Assembly: GCA_002493905.1 (NCBI GenBank)
Contig: DLAJ01000023.1
Location: 4,375-68,374 of the forward strand
Length of the DNA: 64,000 nt
Origin: Lachnospiraceae bacterium UBA7050
Lineage (GTDB): Bacteria > Bacillota > Clostridia > Lachnospirales > Lachnospiraceae
Reading direction: 5' to 3'
Numbering within the stretch: the stretch's first letter is position 1; each line of letters opens with the position of its first letter. Made by a program: the position numbers and the translations under genes. Positions 1 through 8,618 of the stretch are shown here, in pieces. Under the pieces are notes generated by a model. It made no database searches, was not told where the DNA came from, and saw only the letters and a list, made by a program, of their open reading frames with translations.

Positions 1-737
1 CGAAGAGTACAGGACTTGCGACAGTCGCTGTGGGAACAGACGGGAAGTATATCAGCGAGTGCTATAATTTCACCGATTTTTGCATTAAGCTCACAAGGGG
101 AAGCGCGGAGGGATGCCGCAGATGCGAGAAATGCGACAGGGAAGGGAAAGGTGTTTATTCCTGTCATGCAGGACTGGTTGACTTTGGAATCCCGATTACA
201 TTAGAGGACGGTACGGTTTTAGGAAGTGTGATTGGCGGGCAGGTTCTTCCTGAAAATCCTGATGAAGAAAAATTTCGGGAGACAGCAAGGGAACTTGGCA
301 TTGACGAAGATACTTATATCGAGGCGCTGCGCAAAGTGAATGTACGTTCCAGACAGCAGATAGAGGCTGCTGCGAACCTTTTGGGGGATGTGATCAATAT
401 GTTTGTGCGCACCAGCTATGTGACAAAGACGAACTCGCAGATTTTGGATGAGCTTAAAAACGGGATCAATTCTGCTGTGAGTGAGATTGATCTTGCAAAT
501 GAAAGTACAAAAAAGATTGTCGGATTCAGCAGCAGACAAAGGATTCTTGCTCTGAATGCATCGATTGAGGCGGCAAGGGCAGGCGATGCAGGCAAGGGAT
601 TTGCAGTTGTTGCAAATGAGGTGCAGAAGCTTGCGCAGGGAATGTCTGAGGCGAGTGTGGAGATCACATCTTCCTTAAACAAGGTGACGGAAACAATTTA
701 TAGTCTGAATAAAGAAAGAGTATTAGAAAAATCATAA
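1..737 (+). CDS. PocR-type sensory domain fused to a short methyl-accepting chemotaxis (MCP) signalling tip; the 5' end probably runs off the window
   Basis: The frame is open from nt 3 (..[18 protein letters not shown]..), so the listed Met at 30 is probably internal. A Cys-rich PocR-like segment ([22 protein letters not shown]) is followed by the near-invariant MCP hairpin-tip motif [30 protein letters not shown]. Stop at 735-737. Confidence 0.7.
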   Translation, partial: KSTGLATVAVGTDGKYISECYNFTDFCIKLTRGSAEGCRRCEKCDREGKGVYSCHAGLVDFGIPITLEDGTVLGSVIGGQVLPENPDEEKFRETARELGIDEDTYIEALRKVNVRSRQQIEAAANLLGDVINMFVRTSYVTKTNSQILDELKNGINSAVSEIDLANESTKKIVGFSSRQRILALNASIEAARAGDAGKGFAVVANEVQKLAQGMSEASVEITSSLNKVTETIYSLNKERVLEKS

Positions 738-775
738 AAAATACATAAATTGTAATATAATTTTGCAATTTCCAG

Positions 776-804
776 TTGATTTGACACGCAATTTTGCGTA
801 TAAT
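776..804 (+). promoter_or_regulatory. sigma-A type promoter (TTGATT-17 nt-TATAAT)
   Basis: TTGATT at 776-781, a 17-nt spacer, and TATAAT at 799-804, read directly from the sequence. No ORF with an SD site follows it. Confidence 0.5.
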
Positions 805-810
805 AAGAAT

Positions 811-1080
811 AACCTGAAATGCTCGATCATTCCTATTATTTTGAACCTACAGTTACTTGAAAAGGGATTCCTATATTGTCTGATGGATGTCAGGCCTCCG
901 GATGAAAATCTATGCAGGGGAAGGCAGAAGTTATGATTGCGGTTACCCACCTGGCGTTTGCTAGGAGTCAAAAGATAGGAACCGGCATTTCGGCAAACAA
1001 TAGAAATTCCATAAAGGAAATTTTCTATTGTCATGAACACAAAAGAAAAAGCAGCCAACAAATGGCTGCTTTTTCTTTTG
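811..1080 (+). ncRNA. candidate structured RNA (sRNA or cis-leader), family unassigned
   Basis: It lies between the promoter at 776-804 and the intrinsic terminator at 1046-1080. Long-range helices are 814-822/985-993, 830-836/975-981, 839-844/968-973 and 846-849/962-965. There is a GAAA-tetraloop hairpin at 901-910 and a roughly 13-bp hairpin at 998-1030. The only ORFs here (80 aa on plus, 192 aa on minus) lack SD sites and look non-protein-like. Confidence 0.3.
1046..1080 (+). terminator. rho-independent terminator
   Basis: Stem AGCAGCC (1050-1056) pairs with GGCTGCT (1064-1070), with loop AACAAAT, followed by TTTTTCTTTTG. An A-tract upstream makes it potentially bidirectional. Confidence 0.6.
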
Positions 1081-1198
1081 CTGTTTTTCCTAAGGCAGGG
1101 TCGGCAACAGAGGAGAGGGTAAAGTTTGAAAGGAACTTTCAAACTACTTATTAGTGCAATATCGCAGGCAAATGCCTGCGATATGCGGGGGTATAGAT

Positions 1199-2830
1199 AT
1201 GGAAAATCGTAGCGATGCAGACAGGAGAGAAGCATTAAGCCGGGAACTGCGCCAGACAGGACGGTATGGAAAGAGGCAGAAAAGCACCCGTACAGGAAGA
1301 AAAGATGCATTGTTCTTCGGTGTACTTCTGGTTCTGCTGTTATGCGGGGTGGCAGCTTTATGGCGCTATGCCGGTCATAAAAACCCTTTTTACATATTGG
1401 TCACAGATCAGTCAGCAAAAAATCAGAATGAAGAGGGACAGGGAGAAACTTCATCCGGAGAATTGCAGAACAAGTTAAATGGAACGCTGCAGCAGAGGGA
1501 AGAGGAACAAGCGTCCTATGAAGTGCCGGAGACGGTTCGTGTTTTACTTTTGAACAGCAGTTATTCTTCCATCTATCATGATGAGCTGGTATTAAAAGGA
1601 AATACCGGCAGTGTCACGGTTACGGCGGCAGAGCTGCCCGATCAGTTTGACGAGATAAAAGAAAAGCTTATAAGTGAAGGCATTCTGCTGGAAAGCAGCA
1701 AGGAAGGCTATGTGCTTATACCGCAGGGGGCAGATCAAAGATTATGTGTTCTTTCCATTACCCGTGCATGCGGAGCCCCGTCTTATCGGGGGTGTTTATA
1801 CATTTATACACGGAATGAACAGTTTGTGCTGATTAACGAGCTTTCTTTGGAGGAATATCTATACGGCGTTCTTCCGAGTGAAATGCCGGCATCTTATCAT
1901 GAAGAGGCGCTGAAAGCACAGGCAGTCTGTGCAAGGACTTATGCGTGTGCCGTGATAGAGAATCCGCGCTATCCGGAATTTGATGCGCAGCTGGATGACA
2001 GCACTTCCTGTCAGGTGTACGGGAACCTGGAGGAACATGAGAATACGACGAGGGCAGTGGAGGAGACAAAGGGGGAAATTCTGATGTTTGAGGGGAGACC
2101 GGTCAGTACCTACTATTTTTCAACTTCAGCAGGATTGGGAAGTGATATTGGCGTGTGGCAGGGATTTCAGGTCGAGGATTATCCGTACCTATCCAACCGG
2201 AGCCAGAATGCTGCGCATGAAATGCTTGAACTAACAGCGGATACGGAATTTGCTGCTTATCTTGCGGGGGAGCACGGCGATATAGAAAGCGGGTACCCAT
2301 GGTATCGATGGAACTGTCAGGTATCGGATATCAATGCTGATGCCATTTATGAGAAACTCAAAGAGCGTTATGCCGTAAAGCAGGAGAGTGTGGAACTGGT
2401 AGGAGCAGAATCAGACGAGAATGATGGAATTTTGCCTGATATGCTTCCGCATCCCGGAAAAATCCGCATGCTGTCAATTGAAAAAAGAAATCCATCCGGT
2501 TGTGCCGTGTGTCTGTTAGTGGAGGGAGAGAACTGCAGTTATCGTGTCCATGGGGAATACAATGTCCGCTATTTGTTATGTGATGGAAACACGACCGTGA
2601 CGAGGCAGGATGGAAGCACGGCTGTAATGAATACGATTCTGCCAAGTGCATATCTGATTTTAACGCCGATACTGGACAAAGAGGAATTATTAGGGTATTC
2701 TATTATAGGCGGCGGCTACGGACATGGTGTCGGTATGTCGCAGAACGGAGCAGATGCACTCGCGGCATCTGGAACCGGTTATCAGGATATTCTGGCATAT
2801 TATTACATAGGAACTGAGTTAAAGAAATAG
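1199..2830 (+). CDS. SpoIID/LytB-domain protein (membrane-anchored, sporulation-type lytic transglycosylase family)
   Basis: SpoIID signature LEEYLYGVLPSEMPASYHEEALKAQAVCARTYA, a C-terminal GHGVGMSQNGA motif, and an N-terminal TM (ALFFGVLLVLLLCGVAALW). The ATG at 1199 is preferred over the GTG at 1154, which lies inside a hairpin. Confidence 0.8.
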   Translation: MENRSDADRREALSRELRQTGRYGKRQKSTRTGRKDALFFGVLLVLLLCGVAALWRYAGHKNPFYILVTDQSAKNQNEEGQGETSSGELQNKLNGTLQQREEEQASYEVPETVRVLLLNSSYSSIYHDELVLKGNTGSVTVTAAELPDQFDEIKEKLISEGILLESSKEGYVLIPQGADQRLCVLSITRACGAPSYRGCLYIYTRNEQFVLINELSLEEYLYGVLPSEMPASYHEEALKAQAVCARTYACAVIENPRYPEFDAQLDDSTSCQVYGNLEEHENTTRAVEETKGEILMFEGRPVSTYYFSTSAGLGSDIGVWQGFQVEDYPYLSNRSQNAAHEMLELTADTEFAAYLAGEHGDIESGYPWYRWNCQVSDINADAIYEKLKERYAVKQESVELVGAESDENDGILPDMLPHPGKIRMLSIEKRNPSGCAVCLLVEGENCSYRVHGEYNVRYLLCDGNTTVTRQDGSTAVMNTILPSAYLILTPILDKEELLGYSIIGGGYGHGVGMSQNGADALAASGTGYQDILAYYYIGTELKK

Positions 2831-2932
2831 AAATACAGCTGCACGGCGTGATGATAACGCGGGAATAGACGTCTGAAAAGAAACTGCCTGATCGCATGGA
2901 AAAGATTGATGACTGAATGCGCGGAGAGAAAA

Positions 2933-3808
2933 ATGATTCGCTTTATTAACGAATTTATGAAAAAAATGAGACGGGATGATGTAAGCGCTCATGCAGCGTC
3001 AGCGGCGTTTTTTATGTTCCTTTCGATTTTCCCGATTTTGATGCTGCTTTGTTCGATACTGCCCTATACACATATTTCCGAAGCGGACCTTTTGAGAGTG
3101 GTGACGGATCTTTTGCCATCGACGATCGATCCGCTGGCTGTTAGTGTGATCGGGGATTTGTATGACCGGTCACCTACGATTATTTCCCTCTCTGCGGTAT
3201 TTGTTATCTGGTCTGCGGCAAAGGGGATTCTGGCACTGCTCAAGGGCTTAAACGATGTGCAGGATGTCGATGAGACGCGTAACTATTTTGTGCTGCGGTT
3301 CTGGTCCTGCATTTATACGGTGATTCTGCTCGTGCTCATTGTTTTTACGCTGATCGTGCTTGTGTTCGGGAATCCGATCATCAATAACCTGCTGTCGCAT
3401 CTGCCGAACGTGCGTTATATTGCAATTCTGCTGATGCCGTTCCGCTATCTGGTGGTGATCGTTGCGCTGGCACTGGTATTTGCTTTTATGTATGCGCTGA
3501 TTCCCAACAAAAAGAACCGTGTCTTTGACAAGATGCCGGGCGCTGTTTTTGCAAGCTTTGGCTGGACGATATTTTCCTGGGCGTTTTCGATGTATGTGGA
3601 ACGTTATGGCGCCTTTGATATGTATGGAAGCCTGACAACCATCGTGATCATTATGCTCTGGCTGTACTTTTGTATGTATATTCTGCTGCTTGGAGATGAG
3701 CTGAATTATTTCCTGCAGCCTCTTTTAGGGCTTCTTAGGGTGAATAGACAGATGCGGAAGGAAAAATTCCTAAAAAAGAAAGAGGAAAAGCGCTCCGCGT
3801 CTAAGTGA
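2933..3808 (+). CDS. YihY/BrkB (virulence factor BrkB / RNase BN-like) family membrane protein
   Basis: N-terminus MIRFINEFMKKMRRDDVSAHAASAAFFMFLSIFPILMLL is typical of the YihY family, and the protein is multi-pass hydrophobic. The SD GGAGAG sits 5 nt upstream of the ATG at 2933. The ORF track starts at TTG 2906. Confidence 0.8.
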   Translation: MIRFINEFMKKMRRDDVSAHAASAAFFMFLSIFPILMLLCSILPYTHISEADLLRVVTDLLPSTIDPLAVSVIGDLYDRSPTIISLSAVFVIWSAAKGILALLKGLNDVQDVDETRNYFVLRFWSCIYTVILLVLIVFTLIVLVFGNPIINNLLSHLPNVRYIAILLMPFRYLVVIVALALVFAFMYALIPNKKNRVFDKMPGAVFASFGWTIFSWAFSMYVERYGAFDMYGSLTTIVIIMLWLYFCMYILLLGDELNYFLQPLLGLLRVNRQMRKEKFLKKKEEKRSASK

Positions 3809-3826
3809 GCTATCGAGACCGTTCAT

Positions 3827-4438
3827 TTAGGAATTAAATAATGCCGACGTTTTTTGAACATCCGAATCATAGGAAGCGGATTCTGGTACATTCAATTTTT
3901 TCATCATCCAGACTGCATCAGCATACGTTCCGTCTGCATATTTCATATTATTAGGAAATGTGCCAAACGGTCGAAATCCAAGCTTCTGATAGCATTTGAA
4001 CGCCCGTTCATTGCCTTCGATCACCTCAAGCTCTGCCTGTTCGTATCCAAGCTCTTTTGCAACGGACAGAACGGTTTCCAGCATGATCGTACCGATTCCG
4101 GTGCCGCAGTATTTTTGATACAGGGCAATGGCAATTTCGCAGCGATGACGATAGCGCTTATATGCGCCAATACTCATCAGTGAGCAGTTTCCGGCATGCT
4201 CTCCGTTTACTGACGCGATCAACATCAGTTCTCTTGCATTGTCTATACAGTTACGGATAAACGTTTTTTCCTGTTCCAGGGTCATATGAAATTCATCCGG
4301 TTCCCGGATCAGAAACGGTGTCTCTGCAGATGTGATCTTCATGTATTTCACCAAAGCTTCTGCATCAGACATTTCTGCGCTGCGTAAAATGACTGTCCGG
4401 CCCAGATGATCCTGCACCTGAAGTGGCTCAAAACGCAT
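3827..4438 (-). CDS. GNAT family N-acetyltransferase
   Basis: Acetyl-CoA binding motif YQKYCGTGIGTIMLETVLSVAKELGYEQAELEVIEGNERAFKCYQKLGF. The internal Met (MRFEPLQV..) is preceded by GGAGGT, and the longer ORF to 4600 would overlap the divergent T-box promoter. Confidence 0.8.
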   Translation of the reverse strand: MRFEPLQVQDHLGRTVILRSAEMSDAEALVKYMKITSAETPFLIREPDEFHMTLEQEKTFIRNCIDNARELMLIASVNGEHAGNCSLMSIGAYKRYRHRCEIAIALYQKYCGTGIGTIMLETVLSVAKELGYEQAELEVIEGNERAFKCYQKLGFRPFGTFPNNMKYADGTYADAVWMMKKLNVPESASYDSDVQKTSALFNS

Positions 4439-4593
4439 AGTGTTTTTACCTCCAGATTCTAAATTTGCAATATTGATTTTATCATGGAATGGTTCATTTT
4501 GTAATCTGTTTTGGTGAAATTCCTGTTCGGATGAAGCTTCGCAAATTTCACTTCGGAATTTCGGAAGTGAATAACACTTTACAAATTCCCTGC

Positions 4594-4622
4594 TTGACAT
4601 TTTGAAACGGAGTGATTACAAT
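4594..4622 (+). promoter_or_regulatory. sigma-A promoter of the pheST leader (TTGACA-17-TACAAT)
   Basis: TTGACA at 4594-4599, a 17-nt spacer, and TACAAT at 4617-4622. Confidence 0.6.
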
Positions 4623-4654
4623 AAGCAGTATAAAAATGTGAAATATTCAAATTC

Positions 4655-4937
4655 TAAAAGGCGATGAACATGTTAAAGTACCTGATAACCCTGCAGAGAG
4701 AGGATGTCACCGGCTGAAAGCATCCTTAGGAAGTGTCCTGTATGATATTCCCATGTGAGCCGCCTGTCTGAAACGGTGTATCTGCTGTTTACACTTGCGA
4801 GTAGGACGGGACGTGGCAGCGCGTTAAGCTGATGAAAGAGTCTGCTTTTGAAGGCAAATCGCTGTTCGAAGACAGGAATCAGGGTGGTACCGCGGAGTTC
4901 ATTCGTCCCTTGCATGCATATGCAAGGGTATTTTTTT
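4655..4937 (+). promoter_or_regulatory. T-box riboswitch leader (Phe specifier) with terminator/antiterminator
   Basis: Stem I 5' elements GCGAUGA...AAAGUA (4661-4680) and an AGAGA box near 4695. UUC at 4748-4750 sits at the specifier position relative to the GAGC K-turn 3' half. The T-box sequence AATCAGGGTGGTACCGCGG is at 4877-4895. The terminator is CCCTTGCA/TGCAAGGG (4907-4928) plus a T7 run. It lies directly upstream of pheS. Confidence 0.9.
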
Positions 4938-5038
4938 GCGCGATCAGCAGAAAAGAGGCAAGGCACAAAAAAGAATTTAATTTCAAATGCGCTGACCGCA
5001 TTGGCGTGGTCAGGCGGAGAAAGGAGTAAGCAGCCAAC

Positions 5039-6058
5039 ATGAAAGAAAAACTGGCAAAGATCAAGGAAGAGGCACTTCGTCAGATTGAGGACAGTGACGC
5101 TTTGGAAAAACTGAATGAGGTAAGAGTGAATTTCCTCGGGAAAAAGGGAGAACTGACGACCGTCTTAAAATCGATGAAGGACGTTGCACCGGAGGAGCGC
5201 CCGAAAGTCGGCCAGATGGTAAATGAGCTCCGGGATGAGATTGAGCGCGTGTTAGAACAGGCGAAGTCAAAGATGGAGGAGAAAGCACGCGAAGCGGCAA
5301 TGAAGCGGGAAGTCATTGACGTGACGCTTCCTGCAAAAAGAAATCTTGTCGGTCACAGACATCCGAACCGCATTGTGTTAGATGAGGTGGAACGTATTTT
5401 TATCGGCATGGGCTATGAGGTGGTAGAGGGTCCCGAAGTCGAATATGACTATTACAATTTCGAAGCATTAAACATTCCGGCGGATCATCCGGCGAAGGAT
5501 GAGCAGGATACCTTTTATGTGACAAATGACATCCTCCTGCGCACGCAGACGTCCCCGGTCCAAGTGCGTACAATGGAAAAAGGAAAGCTGCCGATCCGCA
5601 TGATCGCGCCAGGCAGAGTGTTCCGCTCCGACGAAGTGGATGCGACACATTCGCCGTCGTTCCATCAGATCGAGGGGATGATCGTGGATAAGGGTATTAC
5701 GTTTGCGGACTTGAAAGGGACACTCGCACAGTTTGCAAAAGAACTGTTTGGAGAAAAAACCAAAGTAAAGTTCCGGCCGCATCATTTCCCGTTTACGGAG
5801 CCGTCCGCGGAAGTGGATGTGTCCTGCTTTAAGTGCGGCGGGGAAGGATGCCGTTTCTGTAAGGGAAGCGGATGGATCGAAATATTAGGATGCGGAATGG
5901 TTCACCCAAAAGTTTTGAAAATGAGCGGCATCGATCCTGATGTATATTCCGGATTTGCGTTCGGAATCGGTCTGGAGCGCATCACGCTTTTGAAATATGA
6001 AATTGATGATATGCGGCTTTTATATGAAAACGACATCAGATTTTTGAAGCAGTTCTAA
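5039..6058 (+). CDS. pheS: phenylalanine--tRNA ligase alpha subunit
   Basis: Full-length PheS with class II motifs (FRSDEVDATHSPSFHQIEG, GFAFGIGLERI). SD GAAAGGAG upstream. Confidence 0.97.
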   Translation: MKEKLAKIKEEALRQIEDSDALEKLNEVRVNFLGKKGELTTVLKSMKDVAPEERPKVGQMVNELRDEIERVLEQAKSKMEEKAREAAMKREVIDVTLPAKRNLVGHRHPNRIVLDEVERIFIGMGYEVVEGPEVEYDYYNFEALNIPADHPAKDEQDTFYVTNDILLRTQTSPVQVRTMEKGKLPIRMIAPGRVFRSDEVDATHSPSFHQIEGMIVDKGITFADLKGTLAQFAKELFGEKTKVKFRPHHFPFTEPSAEVDVSCFKCGGEGCRFCKGSGWIEILGCGMVHPKVLKMSGIDPDVYSGFAFGIGLERITLLKYEIDDMRLLYENDIRFLKQF

Positions 6059-6060
6059 AA

Positions 6061-6113
6061 AAGATTGGCGCAAAGGCGCCAATCTTTCGAAGAATACCCA
6101 AAGGGTATTCTTC
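6061..6113 (+). other. two tandem perfect hairpins in the pheS-pheT spacer
   Basis: AAGATTGGCGC-AAA-GGCGCCAATCTT at 6061-6086 and GAAGAATACCC-AAA-GGGTATTCTTC at 6089-6113. Neither has a T-run. Confidence 0.6.
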
Positions 6114-6160
6114 AGGGATTAAGAGAACTTGATGGATTGAGGAAGAAAGGAAAACATGCG

Positions 6161-8581
6161 ATGAATACAGCATTATCATGGATTAAAGCATATGTGCCTG
6201 AATTGGACTGTACGGACAAGGAATATTGTGATGCGATGACCTTAACGGGAACGAAAGTAGAAGGGTATGAACGCACGGATAAAAATTTACAGAGCATTGT
6301 TGTCGGACAGATCTTAAAGATTGAAAAGCATCCGGATGCCGATAAACTGATCGTCTGCCAGGTCAATGTCGGCAGCAGAACGATCCAGATCGTCACCGGA
6401 GCGCCCAATGTGAAGGAAGGGGATAAGGTTCCGGTCGTTCTTGACGGTGGAAAAGTAGCGGGCGGACATGACGGCGGCCCTCTGCCGGAGAATGGGATCC
6501 AGATCAAAGCGGGTAAGCTTCGCGGCGTGCCGTCGGAAGGAATGATGTGTTCGATCGAAGAGCTTGGTTCAGACCGTAATTTTTATCCAGAGGCGCCTGA
6601 AAACGGTATTTATATTTTTGATGACAGCGCGGAAGTTGGAACGGATGCGATCGAGGCGCTCGGACTGCATGACACGGTGTTTGAGTACGAGATCACCTCA
6701 AACAGAGTGGACTGCTACAGCATCTTGGGGATTGCCAGAGAGGCGGCGGCGACGTTTGGGAAACCTTTTGTTCCGCCTGCTGTAAAGAAGACGGGAAATG
6801 ATGAGAAAGCGGAAGATTATATTTCCGTAGAAGTGCAGGATATGGAGCTTTGCACGAGATATTGCGCGCGCGTTGTCAAAAATATAAAGATTGCGCCTTC
6901 GCCGAAGTGGATGCAGAGACGGCTTGCGGCAAGCGGTATCCGTCCGATCAACAATCTGGTAGATATCACAAACTATGTCATGGAAGAATATGGGCAGCCA
7001 ATGCATGCCTATGATCTTGATACGATCACGGGCAGAAAGATCATTGTGCGCCGTGCAAAAGACGGCGACGAGTTTCAGACATTGGACGGTCAGATGCGCA
7101 CGCTCGATAAGGATGTGCTGATGATCTGCGACGCTGAAAAAGAGATTGGCATCGCGGGAATTATGGGCGGCGAAAACTCGAAGATCACGGATGATGTCAA
7201 GACCGTACTTTTTGAAGCTGCGACTTTTAACGGCGCCAATATCAGAAAATCCGCAAAGCGCATCGGGCTCCGCACAGATGCCTCCGGCATTTTTGAAAAG
7301 GGCCTTGAGCCGCACAACGCACAGGCGGCAATCGACCGTGCCTGCGCGCTGATCGAGGAGCTTGGGTGCGGGGAAGTGGTCGGCGGCATGGTGGATGTCA
7401 AAGCGCCCTTAAAAGAGCCGGTCCGGATACTTTTTGAGCCGGAAAAGACGAATGCTTTTCTCGGAACGGATATTGCGCACGAAGAGATGCTGAAGATTTT
7501 TGAGCGCATTGAGATTGTGTATGATGAAAAGACAAATGAACTGATCTGTCCGCCGTTCCGTCAGGACCTGCTCGGTTTTGCAGATATTGCGGAAGAGGTC
7601 GCAAGATTTTATGGGTATGACAAGATTCCCGTGACACTGCCAAACGGTGAGGCGACTGCGGGAAAACACACGTTTGAACAAAGGATTGCGGAGAAGGCGA
7701 GAGAGGTTGCGGAATTCTGCGGGTTCTCCCAGTGCATGTGCTATTCCTTCGAGAGTCCGAAAGTATTTGATAAGCTGCTCATTCCAGAGGAAAGCCCCCT
7801 GCGCAGGACGGTAACAATCGCAAATCCGCTCGGAGAGGATTTCTCGATTATGAGAACGCTGCCGTTAAACGGGATGCTGACGTCGCTCGCAACGAATTAT
7901 AACCGCCGCAACAAAGACGTGCGCCTTTACGAGATGGGAAATGTCTATTATCCGAAGCAGGTGCCGCTGACCGAACTCCCGGAGGAGCGCATGATGCTGA
8001 CATTCGGCATGTACGGGGAGGGCGACTTCTTTACGATGAAGGGTGTGATTGAGGAATTGTTTGAGTATATCGGCATGCGGGAGCGCATTACCTATGCACC
8101 GGATGCGGATAAGCCGTTCCTGCACCCGGGACGAAAAGCGCTGATCTGGTATCAGGGGCATGATGTCGGCTATCTTGGCGAAGTGCATCCGCAGGTGCTT
8201 GACAATTATGATATTGGTACGAGGGCGTATATCGCGGTGCTGGATATGACGGAGATCGTTCCGCTTGCATCCTTTGACAGAAAATATGAGGGACTTACGC
8301 GCTTCCCGGCAGTGACAAGGGATTTAAGCATGATCGTGCCGAAGGATATCCGGGTTGGCCAGCTGGAAGACATTATTTTACAGCGCGGCGGTAAAATATT
8401 AGAAAACGCAGAACTGTTTGATCTGTATGAAGGGGAGCAGATCAGGGAAGGCTGTAAATCCGTCGCATATTCGCTGACATTCCGCGCGAAGGACCGGACG
8501 CTGGAGGAAAGCGATATCAGCGGCGCAATGAAAAAAATCCTGAACGGACTGCAGGGCATGGGCGTGGAGCTGCGGTCCTGA
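6161..8581 (+). CDS. pheT: phenylalanine--tRNA ligase beta subunit
   Basis: Canonical start MNTALSWIKAYVPELD, tRNA-binding, B3/4, B5 and FDX-ACB regions. The ATG at 6161 has an SD GGAAGAAAGG. The track ORF begins at 6065, inside the hairpins. Confidence 0.95.
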   Translation: MNTALSWIKAYVPELDCTDKEYCDAMTLTGTKVEGYERTDKNLQSIVVGQILKIEKHPDADKLIVCQVNVGSRTIQIVTGAPNVKEGDKVPVVLDGGKVAGGHDGGPLPENGIQIKAGKLRGVPSEGMMCSIEELGSDRNFYPEAPENGIYIFDDSAEVGTDAIEALGLHDTVFEYEITSNRVDCYSILGIAREAAATFGKPFVPPAVKKTGNDEKAEDYISVEVQDMELCTRYCARVVKNIKIAPSPKWMQRRLAASGIRPINNLVDITNYVMEEYGQPMHAYDLDTITGRKIIVRRAKDGDEFQTLDGQMRTLDKDVLMICDAEKEIGIAGIMGGENSKITDDVKTVLFEAATFNGANIRKSAKRIGLRTDASGIFEKGLEPHNAQAAIDRACALIEELGCGEVVGGMVDVKAPLKEPVRILFEPEKTNAFLGTDIAHEEMLKIFERIEIVYDEKTNELICPPFRQDLLGFADIAEEVARFYGYDKIPVTLPNGEATAGKHTFEQRIAEKAREVAEFCGFSQCMCYSFESPKVFDKLLIPEESPLRRTVTIANPLGEDFSIMRTLPLNGMLTSLATNYNRRNKDVRLYEMGNVYYPKQVPLTELPEERMMLTFGMYGEGDFFTMKGVIEELFEYIGMRERITYAPDADKPFLHPGRKALIWYQGHDVGYLGEVHPQVLDNYDIGTRAYIAVLDMTEIVPLASFDRKYEGLTRFPAVTRDLSMIVPKDIRVGQLEDIILQRGGKILENAELFDLYEGEQIREGCKSVAYSLTFRAKDRTLEESDISGAMKKILNGLQGMGVELRS

Positions 8582-8618
8582 CAGAAGGCAGAGAAAAAAG
8601 GAAAGTGAGGATTATAAC

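Noticed and set aside
811-1080. Possible identity of the structured RNA as SRP RNA, a c-di-GMP-I (GEMM) riboswitch or a cobalamin riboswitch. The hints were local strings such as GUCAGGCCUCCGG, GCGGUUACCC and GGAUGAAAAUC.
   Set aside because: The hallmark motifs are absent or in the wrong order. There is no GGAAGCAGC next to GUCAGG for SRP, no ACGCAAAGC/GCAAA for GEMM-I, and no B12 box in the proper order. The resemblance is only a few nucleotides, so the family is left unassigned pending a covariance-model scan.
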